Source: an uncultured delta proteobacterium (GTDB lineage Bacteria > Desulfobacterota > Zymogenia > Zymogenales > Zymogenaceae). From it: a stretch of DNA of 64,000 nt. Below the pieces are notes generated by a model, which had not been told where the DNA came from, made no database searches, and saw only the letters and a program-made list of their open reading frames with translations. The position numbers and the translations under genes are program-made. How positions within the stretch are numbered: the first letter of the stretch is position 1; the number at the start of each line of letters is the position of its first letter. Location of the stretch: the NCBI GenBank assembly GCA_963735595.1, contig CAVTLK010000001.1, positions 640,001 through 704,000 of the forward strand, given 5' to 3'. Shown here piece after piece: positions 23,798 through 35,416 of this stretch.

Positions 23798-24347
23798 TTA
23801 TGCTGTCGCTCCTAACTCCCTGGTTCCTTCCTCGATATCACCCCTGATGAGTGAGAGTACTTCCACGTGTTCGATAGGGACGTCATCGAGTTCGCACTTA
23901 ATTGCTCGCGTATCCAGCCGGTATTCCCGGCCGTCTTTCCTATGGGTGTAGACGAAATCAACGTGCGGGCTTCCCGCGATAAGGCTGATGATCGTCAGGG
24001 CCACATCACCGAGAGGCTGCCGATCGATATTCGAATGCCCGAACGTTACGGTAACCGTGGTGCCCTGCCCCTGTATCGAATCCAGCTTGAAGCTCCCATC
24101 GGCCAGCTCCGCGGCCAGCTTCAGCATGGGAAGGCCCAGACCCACGCGTCGCACCTTCTTTGGTCGTATAGAAGGGATCGAGCGCCTTTTCCCGTTCGTC
24201 GTCGCTCATCCCCTTTCCGTCATCGCTTATCTGAAGCGTGAGCGTATCGGCCTTCGTATCCTCGACAACGGTGATCATTACCGTCCGGCATCCGGCACGT
24301 ATCGAGTTTTCCGCGATATCGAGGATATGTTTCGAAAGTTCCAGCAT
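23798..24347 (-). CDS. HATPase_c-domain ATP-binding protein (frameshifted)
   Basis: HILDIAENSIRAG, DDGKGM, DPFYTTK then RRVGLGLP, IDRQPLGD. Confidence 0.8.
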
Positions 24348-24350
24348 TGC

Positions 24351-25093
24351 TCATTCGATAACGCATCGCCCCTCGGAGTACGCTATGGCCAGTTTCACCT
24401 CTTCAAACGTCGCCTCGGCCAGCCTCATCGTGGTTGCTGCCGAGCCGATATCGGAAAGGCAATGGGCGTCCGACGACGCGATAAAGGGATAATGCGACAG
24501 ATCCGGATATCGTTTCCGCGCCTGTGCGTACCCCAAGTGCCCGGGAGATCTCCAATGCGTCAAGGCCGCTGTCGTTATCTACAAATCCCAGCTGACTGAT
24601 GACCGAAAAACTCTCCCGGTCTATATGCGACGCAATGGCAAGCCCCCCAAAGGAATGAATGATCCCGATCAAATCGCTCATCGGGATTTCGGTCGCCCCG
24701 ATGAGAAGGCGCTCATTGATCCGTTCCACCTCTCCCTTTTCATTCACGACGGCCTGGCACCCAAAGAGGCGCTCGTCATTTCGGCCCGGGAGACGGTCAT
24801 AGACGATCTGTCTGTATTTCCGGCGAGGCTCGTCAAGTACCCGGCAAGAGCGCCAGTATATGAACCTCCTCGCTCGTGGTGATCTCCATTCCCGGGATAA
24901 TTCTAAGCGGCTCACGCTCGGCCGCCCGTATTACGTACCGAACGTTTTCGGCGGTGTTGTGGTCGCATATCGCAATCACATCGAGCCCCCTGGCTACCGC
25001 GCCACGGACAAGCGCCGCCGGATGCATATCGAGGTCGGCGCAGGGTGAAAGGCACGTGTGAATATGAAGATCACAGCGATACTCCCTGAACAT
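24351..25093 (-). CDS. PHP-family phosphoesterase (frameshifted)
   Basis: DLHIHTCLSPC, ICDHN, EEVHIL, ASHIDR, SSDAH. Confidence 0.85.
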
Positions 25094-25216
25094 GCTCACG
25101 ACCCCGAAACCTGACCGAACGGCACAACCATCGAGATGCCCCGCCCCGGTGACGGTCCTGTTTCTTTTGCGCATCAGGAAAGGAGCTATGCCACCGTCGG
25201 TTCGGCAAGAAGAACC

Positions 25217-25562
25217 TTATTCTTCTCGCGCCGCAATGAGTTGATATATCCTTGCCGGCTGTCTCAAAGCAGGGAAGCTTCGAAACCATAACCGGGACGT
25301 TCTCCTGCACCGCCTTTTCGAGCGTTTCCCGGGCCGGTTCGTTATTGTCAACCAGGATGATCCCGGCAAGGTCCTTAAGCGTCGCAACGGCGACGATATT
25401 CTGATGTACCTGGCGCGTAACCCAGATATCTCCCTGCTTACTGTTGGCGATCACGTCAGACAGGAGGTCGCCGACATAGCCGCCGTTGACTTCAACCGTG
25501 AGATTCTGCGCTCCCGACCTGACCACCAGGTTGAGATTTTTAACGATAGAACCGAGTTCCAT
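25217..25562 (-). CDS. DRTGG-domain protein (frameshift near 3' end)
   Basis: GGYVGDLLSDVIAN...WVT.QVHQNIVAVA. Confidence 0.75.
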
Positions 25563-25581
25563 TTCTCAGCCCGCCTTATCG

Positions 25582-26038
25582 TTATGAAGCATCGGTGATA
25601 TCGACGACCATCACCAGCCTGGTTCCCTTTCCGACCTCCGAGGTAATATCGAAGTCGTCAGCGTATCGGTCAATATTCACCCAGCCCCATCCCCGCGCCG
25701 AAACCCATCTCCCGTATCTTGGCCGTCGAGGTGCTGTACCCCGCCTGCCTGGCCAGGTCGATGTCGGGGATACCTTCCCCCTCGTCGACCACCTCGATGA
25801 CAACGTGATCCTCGTCCACCGACAGCGTGATATCACCCCGCCGGGCATAACAGACGATGTTCATCTCCGCCTCAAAGGTGCAGATGGCGGCCTTCCGAAT
25901 CACGTCGAGGGGCAGACACATCTTCTTCAGTATGCCCTTGATGCGGCTCGAAACCTTGCCCGCGTCATCGAAGTCGCCGCCGGCGACCGAAAAGGTGTCC
26001 GAAAAGGACGGTTTTCTATCCGCGTTTTTTTCCGGCAT
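25582..26038 (-). CDS. Anti-sigma-factor type Ser/Thr kinase (RsbT-like; frameshifted)
   Basis: FEAEMNIV, DEGEGIPDIDLA..GYST..REMGFGAGMGL, SEVGKGT. Confidence 0.85.
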
Positions 26039-26390
26039 CTACCTTATCCACGCAGCCGACGATCCCCCATCTGTAGAGCCGTCCCGCAGTTTCGAAGAGG
26101 ATGTACCGCGTCATGAGGATGGGTATCTTCAGTTCCTCGGCAAGTTTGACGGTCTCCGGAGGCGGTACCTTACCCCGGACGATGATGATGGCGGCGATAT
26201 CGAGGATCTCGGACGTGCGGATCACCTGCGGATTCGTCAGGCCGGTTAACAAGCATGGTGCCCGGTCGGGCGAACGCGAGCACATCGCTCATCAGGTCAG
26301 CGCCGAAGGCGGTATCACCTCCTTTTGCATCTGATCCTGTCCGACGACTACTTCGGCATCGAGTATCTGTCGTACCTCGCTAAGTTTCAC
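26016..26390 (-). CDS. DRTGG-domain protein (frameshifted)
   Basis: ADLMSDVLAF (shifted frame), TGLTNPQVIRTSE..D..IIVRGK. Confidence 0.8.
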
Positions 26391-26506
26391 GTAACCGGGT
26401 ACCTCATAACTATTTGGTTAGCAGAGCCCGCCGTTGGCGCCGATCGAATGTGCACGCGACATCCGATACTACAAGCGTCTCCTTATCCGCTGTCCGTCAG
26501 TTCGGT

Positions 26507-27935
26507 CTATCTCGTCGCTATTTCTTTTTTTCCGTTCATCACGTAGGCGTGCATGGCCTGCGCGGCTTTCCTTCCGGCGCCCATCGCCAGGATGACGGTG
26601 GCGGCGCCGGTAACGATATCGCCGCCGGCATAGACGCCCTCCCGCGAGGTCAGGCCGGTCTCTTCGTCGGCGACGATGTTGCCCTTCCTCCCGGTATCGA
26701 GCCCCGGGGTCGTTGCGGGCACGAGCGGATTCGGGCTGTTACCGATGGCCACCACGACCGTATCCACCGGGTATCCTGAATTCGGACCCCTTGATCGGAA
26801 CGGGTCGCCGTCTGCCGGAATCGTCGGGCTCACCCAGTTCCTGTTTCTGGCACTCGATCTCCCTGACCCAGTTGTTTTCGTCACCGATGAACGCTATCGG
26901 GTTGGTAAGAATGTGGAACTGAATCCCTTCATCCTTCGGCGTGGTGGACTTCTTCTTTTCTGGCCGGCATTTCTTCGAGCGAGCGCCGATATATAATATA
27001 CGCGTTGTCCGCCCCAAGCCTCAGCGCCGTCCGCGCGCTGTCCATGGCGACGTTGCCGCCGCCGATGACCGCCACGTTCTTGCCCAGCACGATGGGTGTA
27101 TCGTATTTAGGGAAGAGATACGCCTTCATGAGGTTGGAGCGGGTGAGATACTCGTTTGCCGAGTAGACCCCGTTGAGGTTTTCGCCGGGAACGCCCAGAA
27201 AGAGCGGGAAGCCCCGCCCCGGTGCCCAGGAATACGGCATCGTACTCGGACAAGAATCGTATCTACCGTCCGGATTTTGCCAATGACATAGTTGGTGACG
27301 AACTTCACCCCCATCTTCTTGAGATAGTCCGACCTCGGCCTCGACGATCGCCTTCGGCAGACGGAACTCGGGGATACCGTAGACGAGCACTCCTCCCGGT
27401 CTTGTGGAGGGCCTCAAAGACGGTGACGTCGTGGCCCAGGAGCCTGAGGGTGCCGGCCACCGTCAGCCCCGCGGGGCCCGATCCCACCACGGCGATCTTC
27501 TTGCCGGTGGAAACGGCGATCTTCGGCACCTCGACCTTTCCGGCGTTTCGCTCGTAGTCGGCGGCAAATCTCTCCAGACGCCCGATGGCCACCGGATCGC
27601 CCTTTTTGGCCAGAACGCACTTCACCTCGCACTGCTCCTCCTGGGGACAGACCCTCCCGCAGACGGCCGGCAGCGCGTTGGTCTCCTTGATCTTTTTGGC
27701 CGCGCCGATGAAATCCCCGGTCTCGATCATCGAGATAAATCCGGGTATATCGATTTCGACCGGACAGCCGGCAACGCAGCTCGGCTTTCTTGCACTTCAG
27801 GCAGCGTTGCGCCTCGCGTATCGCGGTCTCTTCACTATACCCAAACGGGACCTCATTGAAGTTTTTGCCGCGAACCTTGGGATCCTGTTCCGGCATTTTT
27901 TGCCGGGGAATTTGCATACGCTCTTTGGCTTCCAT
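26507..27935 (-). CDS. nfnB: NfnB / GltD-like large subunit of NADH-dependent reduced ferredoxin:NADP oxidoreductase (several frameshifts)
   Basis: NFNEV..G...EAQRCL.C, CGRVCPQEEQCE, GSGPAGL, YGIPEFRLPK, GGGNVAMD, GGDIVTGAATVILAMGAG. Confidence 0.85.
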
Positions 27936-27944
27936 GGTTATCCT

Positions 27945-28782
27945 CTATTTCTTGAGCGCCTGATTGAGAAAGCAATCCAGGGATTCGTGTTCCTGTTTCA
28001 TGTAGGTCTTCTGACGCATCATCAGCTCTTTGAAATCCACCTGATGCCCGTCAAATTCCGGCCCTTCCACACAGGCGAACTTGGACTTACCGTCGACCGA
28101 AACGCGGCACCCTCCGCACATGCCGGTGGCGTCAACCATGATGGAGTTCAGCGATACGACGGTATGGATTTTGTAGGGCCGCGTCACCTCGCTGACGGCC
28201 CGCATCATTACGACCGGGCCGATGGCCACCACGATATCGATCTTTTCCCCGGATTTAATAATCTCCTCGAGTGCCTGGGTAACGAACCCCTTCTGCCCGT
28301 AGGTCCCGTCATCGGTCATGACGATAAGCCGATCGGAGACCTTCTTCATCTCCTCTTCGAGGATAAGGAGGTCCTTGGTTCGGGAGCCGATGATGGTGAT
28401 GACCTTGTTACCCGCCTTCTTGAGCGCCTCGGTAATCGGATACATGGGCGCTACCCCCACGCCCCCGCCAACACAGACTACGGTCCCGAACTTTTCTATG
28501 TGGGTGGGCCTGCCGAGGGGACCGGCGAGGTCAAGGATGTTGTCACCCTGGTTCATCGTCCCGAGGAGTTTCGTGGATTTGCCGACTTCCTGAAAGATAA
28601 TGGTAACGGTGCCCGCCTTTGGGTCGGCGTCCGCGATGGTCAGGGGAATTCGCTCCCCCTGCTTCGTTGATACGAAGCACGATAAACTGTCCGGCCTTGC
28701 GCGCCTCGGCGATCTCACGGGCTTCGAGAACCATCTTGACAACGTCGGCCGACAGCCGTTCTTTTTTCACAATCTTTGCCAC
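27945..28782 (-). CDS. nfnA: NfnA small subunit (ferredoxin-NADP reductase-like; one frameshift)
   Basis: GQFIVLR..GERIPLTI, GGGVGVAP, MVDATGMCGGCRV, CVEGPEFD. Confidence 0.88.
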
Positions 28783-29030
28783 TTCAGGCTCGCTCCTTTA
28801 TCACATGGTATATAGTGCGTCGTGTCGATCGTTTTTTCGCAAAATTAAGGACGCCGTCCCGGAGAACCGCTTCGATAAATTCCTGATCACACATAGATAT
28901 CCGGCGTCCTGATTCATACCGCTATCGGCTGGACTTCCGGGGCCGGCCTGTTTGGCCGGCCCCGTATCCTTACCAATCTGTTACGTACATAATCAGATTC
29001 TTACTGAAAAAACTTCGCGCCGCTACGCCG

Positions 29031-30278
29031 TTACGCCTTCTTGGGCGCGGGAGCCTTATAAGGAGCGCGAGCAGGAATCCGACGACGAGAAACGCCGCCG
29101 CTATGTACAGGGCCACACCCTTGAACTGGGCAAAGACCCACGGGCCGATGATTCCGGCGGTTGCCCACGCGGTCAGCATGAATCCGTAGACCCTGCCGAT
29201 GTAGGTCGGTCCGAACGAGTCTGCCGCAAACGCGGGCATCGTCGCGAATCCGCCGCCGTAGCAGGCCAGCAGGTAGCAGGCGATGACGGTAAACAGCACC
29301 GCAGCCACCGACCTTCGGAAGCAGGATGTAGAGGACGGCCTGCGTGGCGAACATGATCATGAACACGGCCTTGCGCCCGATCGTGTCCGATATCCACGCC
29401 CAGAAGAGCCTGCCGAGGCCGTTGAAGATCGACGCGATGGAAAGGATCGTTCCGCCGGCGACCGCCAGCGCGGCCGCAAGCTTGACGGGATCGGTCTTCT
29501 GTCATCGGTCTTTTTCAGCACTTCCTGCGCCATCGGGCGACAGCTGTGAGATAAGGCCCAGGCCCGCCGATACGTTCAGGAAGAGCATGCCCCAGAGCAT
29601 CCACCATTGCGGGCTTTTTCTGAGCCTCAGCCGCGGTAAATGAACCGGCGGCCGACGTTGCCGTCTTGGACGGGGTGAATCCCTTCGGCAGCCATCCCTG
29701 GGGCGGGTTCTTATAGAACGAAGCCGCACCGACACAGAGGACCAGGAAGATCGCGCCAAGGATGTACCACGTATTGGCGACACCCATTTTGAGGATCATC
29801 ACCGGGGCAAGCTTGCCGATAAAAAAGGCACCCCCGCCATAGCCCATAACGGCAAGGCCGGTCACCAGGCCGCGCTTATCCGGAAACCATCGAATAAGCG
29901 TGGCTATCGGCGTTACATACGCGGCGCCACCACCCATACCGGCGAATAAGCCAAAGCCGATATAGAGGAGGACTATGCTTCCGACGGAATCGGCTAGACC
30001 TGCCATCATCGTGCCGATACCGAACAGGATAGCACCGATGGTCGCCACGAAACGGGGACCTTTTTTGTCAAGAATACTGCCGCCGAACGCTGCCGAAAGG
30101 CCGGTAAACGCCATCGGATCATAAAGGTAACCTGCACCCCGACCTCTTCCCAGCCGTGTGCTTCCATGAGCGGTTTCTTGAAGACCGACCATGCGTAGAC
30201 GGAGCCGAGGCAGAGCTGCATCACGATCGCCGCAACGGCTATCCACCAGCGCTTCATTTCTAAATTTTCTTTACTCAT
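29031..30278 (-). CDS. OFA-family (oxalate/formate antiporter-like) MFS transporter (frameshifted)
   Basis: LGSVYAWSVF, RWFPDKRGLVTGLAVMGYG, FNGLGRLFW, YGGGFATMPA. Confidence 0.85.
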
Positions 30279-30488
30279 TATTGCATTCCCTCTCAGAACT
30301 GTTATTGACGTAGCGTACAGTGAAACCGGCCTGTTCCGGTTTGCTTTCCACGATTCTCTTGGCTGTCTCTATATTATGCTCCCTCCCCTCCATGAAGCAG
30401 GACGTGTATCCGGGGCGGGGAGAAAGCGTGGTTCAATAATAGTATGAAACTGACGCTCAAGGGCGTCGCGTAACGCACTCTCTTGAAA

Positions 30489-30506
30489 TGAATGAGTACT
30501 CATTCA
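30489..30506. promoter_or_regulatory. Perfect 18-bp palindromic operator, TetR/FadR-box-like
   Basis: TGAATGAGTACTCATTCA immediately downstream of the -10 element. Confidence 0.8.
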
Positions 30507-30513
30507 CGCGACG

Positions 30514-30542
30514 ACTGTAACATACGCCCTATTTCCTGTCAA
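30514..30542 (-). promoter_or_regulatory. sigma70-like promoter of the MFS-nfn-fdh operon
   Basis: TTGACA-17 nt-TACAGT with TGn extension. Confidence 0.65.
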
Positions 30543-30807
30543 GGGAAAATATCGTCATTCTTTCTATCAGTATTTTACTACTCGGTCTGCACCGCGACCT
30601 AATAAACCGCTTTGTTGTGCGGGCGTGAAACCGGATAGGATACAGCAGCCGCATCAGAATAACATATCAGTATATCAAATCGGGTATTTTCAGTCAATGA
30701 TTTTGTTGAAATTGGCTATGATATGTTATTGGACGACCCATCCCGTTGTTCGGTTTCATCGCCGCCCCCCCATTTGGATCGACTCCCGACACCGGGTGTT
30801 GGGTCTT

Positions 30808-33117
30808 TCATTCCGGGGATATACCGGCCTTCACCCTGCCGCCTGCCGTAACCGCCTGCCCCAGGGCAATCCCGCCGTCGTTGGTTGGCACGCGGCGGTG
30901 AGTCAGTACCTCAAGCCGCGCCTTTTCGAGCGAATCGATCACGCCGGCCAGGAGCAGCCTGTTCTGAAAGCATCCGCCGCTCAGCGCCACCCGGCCGATC
31001 CCCGTTGTCTCGGCGATTTCTTTTACCGTCTGAACGATCCCGGCAATCAGCGTCGCGTGAAACGCCGCCGCCAGGTCCTGACGGGAGATACCGGCATCCA
31101 TTCCCTCGACGATTGCGCGAATCGTACCGGACAGGTCCAGGACGACCGTATCGTCCTTCAGTATGACTTCGAATGGGAGGATATCCGCGGCCCCTGCCGC
31201 AGCACACGCCTCAAGCTCCATCGCGGCCTGCCCTTCGTAGCTCACGCTTCTCTTCAATCCAAGGATTGCCGCTACTCCGTCAAATACCCGGCCCATGCTT
31301 GTGGTTACGGGGCTGTTGATATCCCGGTCTACCATTCGCATGAACGCCCCTTTCGCGGCGCATTCCGGCACCAATCCAAGCCGCTCGGCAATACCCTGCC
31401 ACCGGCTTCCATACGCGGTCTTTACGAGGCTTGCTCCCGTCCGCCACGGCTCACGGATAGCCGCCTCTCCTCCCGGAAGGGTAAAGGGGGCCAGGTGTCC
31501 CGCCCGTTTGAACCCAACCCGGTCCGCGATGAGCCATTCTCCGCCCCAGATTGTCCCGTCCGTGCCGTAGCCGGTCCCATCCAGCGCCACCCCGATTACC
31601 GTGTCCGATACCCCGTTTTCCGCCATGCAGGATACGATATGGGCGTGGTGGTGCTGGACCATGTGAACGATCGCCCCCTTCATACGCCGAGCCGCATCGG
31701 TCGTGAAATAGCCCGGGTGAAGATCGCAGGCGACGACCTTCGGCCCGCATTCGGTTATTCGCTGCATGAGCGCGACGGTCTCGTAGAAAAAGCCGCGCGC
31801 GCCGGGCGTATCCATGTCGCCGATATAGGGGCTCATGAAGGCCAGGTTCCCTTTCAGGATGCACACGGTTGACTTCAGGTGCCCCCCGACGGCCAGAACC
31901 TCGGGATACGATTCGGCAAGGACGATCGGCCCGGGGACGTACCCCCGTGACCGGCGCAGTATCGCCGGCCGCTCCCCCACCACCATCGCGATCGAATCGT
32001 CGCACCGAACGACGATCTCCCGGTCGTGGACAAGGAAGAAGTCGGCTATATCCGAGAGACTCGCCAGCGCGTCCTCGTTCCCGATGGCAATCGGCTCTCC
32101 GGAGCGGTTCCCGCTCGTCATGACCAGGGGCGGCATGTCGGAATCAAAAAGGAGGTGCTGCAACGGGGTGTAGGGCAGCATAACGCCGAAAGTTCCCATC
32201 CCCGGGGCAACGGACTGCGCGACGATAGTCTTTTCGGTGCGTGGCATAAGAACAATCGGCCGCCTGGCCGACGTCAAGAGCGCTTGTTCTTCGGGCGTAA
32301 TCTCGACAATCCGGCGGGCCTCCCGGAGATCCCTGACCATGAGCGCGAACGGCTTTTCTTCTCGAAGCTTGCGCCGCCTGAGCCGCAGGACCGCTTCGTC
32401 ATCGGTCGCGTCGACGGCCAGGTGAAATCCCCCGACACCCCGGATCGCCATGATCGAGCCGGAACGCAACAAGCGCGCCGCCTCGCCCACTGGATCGCCC
32501 GTGTCAACGGGCACGCCGTCGCCCGTCAGCAGCAGCACCTTCGGCCCGCAACGGGCGCAGGCGTTCGGCTGGGCGTGGAACCGCCGGCTTGCGGGATCCT
32601 CGTATTCGCTCCTGCAGTCCGGACAGAGATCAAATGCAGCCATCGAGGTCTTTTCCCGGTCATAGGGGATATCTTGAATGATGGTCAGACGGGGGCCGCA
32701 GTCGGTACAGTTGATGAATGGATAATGGTAGCGGCGATCGCCGGGGTCAAAGAGCTCCTCGACGCACCGGTCGCACGTCGCGATGTCGGGGGGGATGTGC
32801 AGGGCCGATTGCCCGGTCCTGCGGCTCGCTATGATGCGAAACTCGTCGGCCCCGACCGTCGGGATCGTTTCTTTTACGAGAGCCGGTGATCTCGGCCAGC
32901 GGCGGGAGTTCCGTTTCGGACGGCGGAAAAGAAGGATGATACCGAAGGGGGTTGTCCTTCCAGCTCCACGACAACGCCGTCCGACGTGTTCTTTACGAAC
33001 CCCGCCAGTCCGAAGCGTACGGCGTATCCGATAGATAAAGGGACGAAAGCCCACTCCCTGCACCGTGCCGGAGAACAGGGACCTCACGCGAATACGATCG
33101 TCCGAATTGGTTAACAA
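30808..33117 (-). CDS. hypF: Carbamoyltransferase HypF (local frame disruption in acylphosphatase domain; start approximate)
   Basis: GTVQGVGFRPF, CTDCGPR, RRFHAQP, QHHHAH, NDGGIALGQ. Confidence 0.92.
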   Translation of the reverse strand: MLTNSDDRIRVRSLFSGTVQGVGFRPFIYRIRRTLRTGGVRKEHVGRRCRGAGRTTPFGIILLFRRPKRNSRRWPRSPALVKETIPTVGADEFRIIASRRTGQSALHIPPDIATCDRCVEELFDPGDRRYHYPFINCTDCGPRLTIIQDIPYDREKTSMAAFDLCPDCRSEYEDPASRRFHAQPNACARCGPKVLLLTGDGVPVDTGDPVGEAARLLRSGSIMAIRGVGGFHLAVDATDDEAVLRLRRRKLREEKPFALMVRDLREARRIVEITPEEQALLTSARRPIVLMPRTEKTIVAQSVAPGMGTFGVMLPYTPLQHLLFDSDMPPLVMTSGNRSGEPIAIGNEDALASLSDIADFFLVHDREIVVRCDDSIAMVVGERPAILRRSRGYVPGPIVLAESYPEVLAVGGHLKSTVCILKGNLAFMSPYIGDMDTPGARGFFYETVALMQRITECGPKVVACDLHPGYFTTDAARRMKGAIVHMVQHHHAHIVSCMAENGVSDTVIGVALDGTGYGTDGTIWGGEWLIADRVGFKRAGHLAPFTLPGGEAAIREPWRTGASLVKTAYGSRWQGIAERLGLVPECAAKGAFMRMVDRDINSPVTTSMGRVFDGVAAILGLKRSVSYEGQAAMELEACAAAGAADILPFEVILKDDTVVLDLSGTIRAIVEGMDAGISRQDLAAAFHATLIAGIVQTVKEIAETTGIGRVALSGGCFQNRLLLAGVIDSLEKARLEVLTHRRVPTNDGGIALGQAVTAGGRVKAGISPE

Positions 33118-33124
33118 GCATCCA

Positions 33125-34226
33125 TCATTGGTACTTGTAATAGGCCGCGCAGGTTCCCTCCGCCGAGACCATGCAGGGGCCGAGGGGGTTTCGAGGGAAG
33201 CACGCCGAGCCGAAACCGCGGACATTCGGGTGGCGAGATGATCCCCTTGAGCACGTCTCCGCAGCGGCAGCCCGGCGTATCGTGAGACTCAACGGCCGGG
33301 ATGTCAAATCGCATCGACGCGTCAAATCCCCGATACTCCTTACGAAAGCCAAGGCCGCTTTTCGGTATCATCCCGAGGCCCCGCCAGATGCGAGTCGGCC
33401 AGCTCGAAGACCTCGTATGAGGATCCTGCGGGCCGCCGCTATTGCCCTCTTCCTTGACGCGCGCGCCGATACTGAATCTCGGTCTTTACGTCTCCCGGAG
33501 ATGATCTGTTCCAGGATCATCAGATCCCTTCGAGGATGTCCACCGGCTCAAAACCGGTGATCACTCCCGCCCGGCCGCTTTCGGGCGATGATGCGAATAG
33601 GCGGCCGTCCCGAGGATCGTGCTCACGTGCCCGGGAAGCATGAAACCGTCCACGGAGATCAGGGGATCGGAAAGGAGTGCATCGATTGCCGGGGGGATAA
33701 CTTTATGAACGGAAAACACCGCGAGATTGGAAATGGAGCATGACACTGGCGGTCTTGACGACCGACGCCGCCGCCGGCGACGTCGTCTCGAATCCGATCC
33801 CCATGAAGACGATCTGCCGGTCCGGGATTGTTTTTGCGCCAGCGTCCAGACACTCCACCGCGGAATCGACGACCCTGACGTCCGCACCGTCGGCCCGCTC
33901 CTTTTCCAGCGACCGCCGTTCCGGTGCCGGGCACCCGGAGCATGTCGCCGAAGGAGGCAAATATGACGCCGGGCTGACGGGCCAGGAACAGCGCCGCGTC
34001 GACGTCCTGCACGGCAGGTCACGCAGACCGGACAGCCGGGTCCCGAAATAAGCCGGATGTTTTCGGGGAGCAGTCCCCGTATGCCGAAACGGCCGATGGC
34101 GTTGGTGTGGCTTCCGCAGACCTCCATAATGGTGATCGACCGGGTTAGCCGTCCCGCCCGTTTTCTGACTGCGGCCAGAAGCCCGTTAAAAAGCTTCGGG
34201 TCCCGATACTCGTCAATAAACTTCAT
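33125..34226 (-). CDS. hypD: Hydrogenase maturation protein HypD (several frameshifts)
   Basis: MEVCGSHT, GPGCPVCVT, GFETT, PGHVSTI, GPCMVSAEGTCAAYY. Confidence 0.9.
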
Positions 34227-34440
34227 GTTCGGTAAGCTCCCGAAGCAGCGCAAGCTTCTCCCTGGCGAGCTCCTCATCGACCTTATGAATCGCGAAGCCC
34301 GCGTGACAGATGACGTAATCCCCGATCGTGACCTCTTCATCGATCAGGTCCAGAAAGGCCTCGCGCCGAGTCCCTTCGATATCGATAATCGCCCGATTAT
34401 CGTCGATGGAGATGATTTTCCCGGGAAATGCAATGCACAT
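34213..34440 (-). CDS. hypC: Hydrogenase chaperone HypC
   Basis: MCIAFPG...GDYVICHAGFAI. Confidence 0.95.
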   Translation of the reverse strand: MCIAFPGKIISIDDNRAIIDIEGTRREAFLDLIDEEVTIGDYVICHAGFAIHKVDEELAREKLALLRELTEHEVY

Positions 34441-34442
34441 TG

Positions 34443-34800
34443 CTACTCCTCTTGTTCCACTTCCATTTCGATGAGCTTCAGGTCTTCCGTGCCCCCTACC
34501 AGAAGCACCGAAGGATCACCGCATGAGGGGCACGATGAGTATCCCCTGATAGTCGATGTCATATTCCTTCCGACAGGAAGACACGAAATGACGACCGGAG
34601 TGATCTCGAAGGAAAGAACGGCCCCTTCGGCCCGGGTTCCCCGGGCCATCGCCTCAAACGCCGTCTCCAGGGCGTCCGGCTGGATGCACGACATCCTGCC
34701 GAACGAAAGCGTGATCCTGTCCGACTTTTGCCGCGTTGTTTTTTTCGGCGTGTTCAAGGGCGATCTCAAGGACCGACTGCGCCAGGCTCAGTTCGTGCAT
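34443..34800 (-). CDS. hypA: Nickel metallochaperone HypA (frameshifted)
   Basis: MHELSLA start, CPSCG, GGTEDLKL. Confidence 0.88.
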
Positions 34801-35297
34801 TCCGGCCTCCTGACGGGTTTTACCGAGAGGGCCGCCAACTCCTCCAGCAGCAACCGCTCAATATCCGAAAATCGCTCGACCAACAGATCCGAAATCCTTA
34901 CTTCCATTGTATCATATTTCTCCGGCACGACGGTGATAAAAGTAACCGGCGGGCATTGATCCAAAAGATCGGCCATGGCAAGGACGTCCAGGAACTCCAC
35001 CTCGTGGGCCGACGTGGGTGCGTGGCAGATAGAGCGACATCTCTTCTTTCGTGAATCGGTATAGTGAGCCCGGCGTATCGTCGATCCTGATCGCATCGAT
35101 GACGATGAGATGCCCGGCGCCGGTGACGATATCCAGGAGACCCAGGCCCGCCGTCCCCCCGTCCACCAGCGAGACGGTATCCGGCAGTATATACCGATCC
35201 GAAAACCAGGCGATAAATCGGACCCCGAATCCGTCGTCCCCGACGAGGAGGTTGCCGAGTCCCAGTATGGTGATAGTTTTGTTTTGTTCATCGGCAT
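34788..35297 (-). CDS. Hydrogenase maturation endopeptidase (HyaD/HybD family; frameshifted)
   Basis: ILGLGNLLVGDDGFG, DGGT, IDAI, SAHEV. Confidence 0.88.
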   Translation of the reverse strand: MPMNKTKLSPYWDSATSSSGTTDSGSDLSPGFRIGIYCRIPSRWWTGGRRAWVSWISSPAPGISSSSMRSGSTIRRAHYTDSRKKRCRSICHAPTSAHEVEFLDVLAMADLLDQCPPVTFITVVPEKYDTMEVRISDLLVERFSDIERLLLEELAALSVKPVRRPECTN

Positions 35298-35320
35298 GTA
35301 CGTAAAAAGACAAGGTCGCA

Positions 35321-35356
35321 TAATAACAAAGTCCTCGCCGAAAAGCGAGGACTTTG
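35321..35356 (-). terminator. Hairpin/terminator after hydrogenase structural genes
   Basis: CAAAGTCCTCGC-loop-GCGAGGACTTTG followed by TTATTA. Confidence 0.55.
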
Positions 35357-35416
35357 CGAGATTTGTGAGGGGAGAGGATCCTTCTCCCCTCTCATTTCTT
35401 GAACAGGCGAGCCGAT

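Noticed and set aside
28938..28964. 11-bp GC hairpin after the MFS gene as an intrinsic terminator
   Set aside because: No U-tract on the coding strand; at most a stability or processing hairpin
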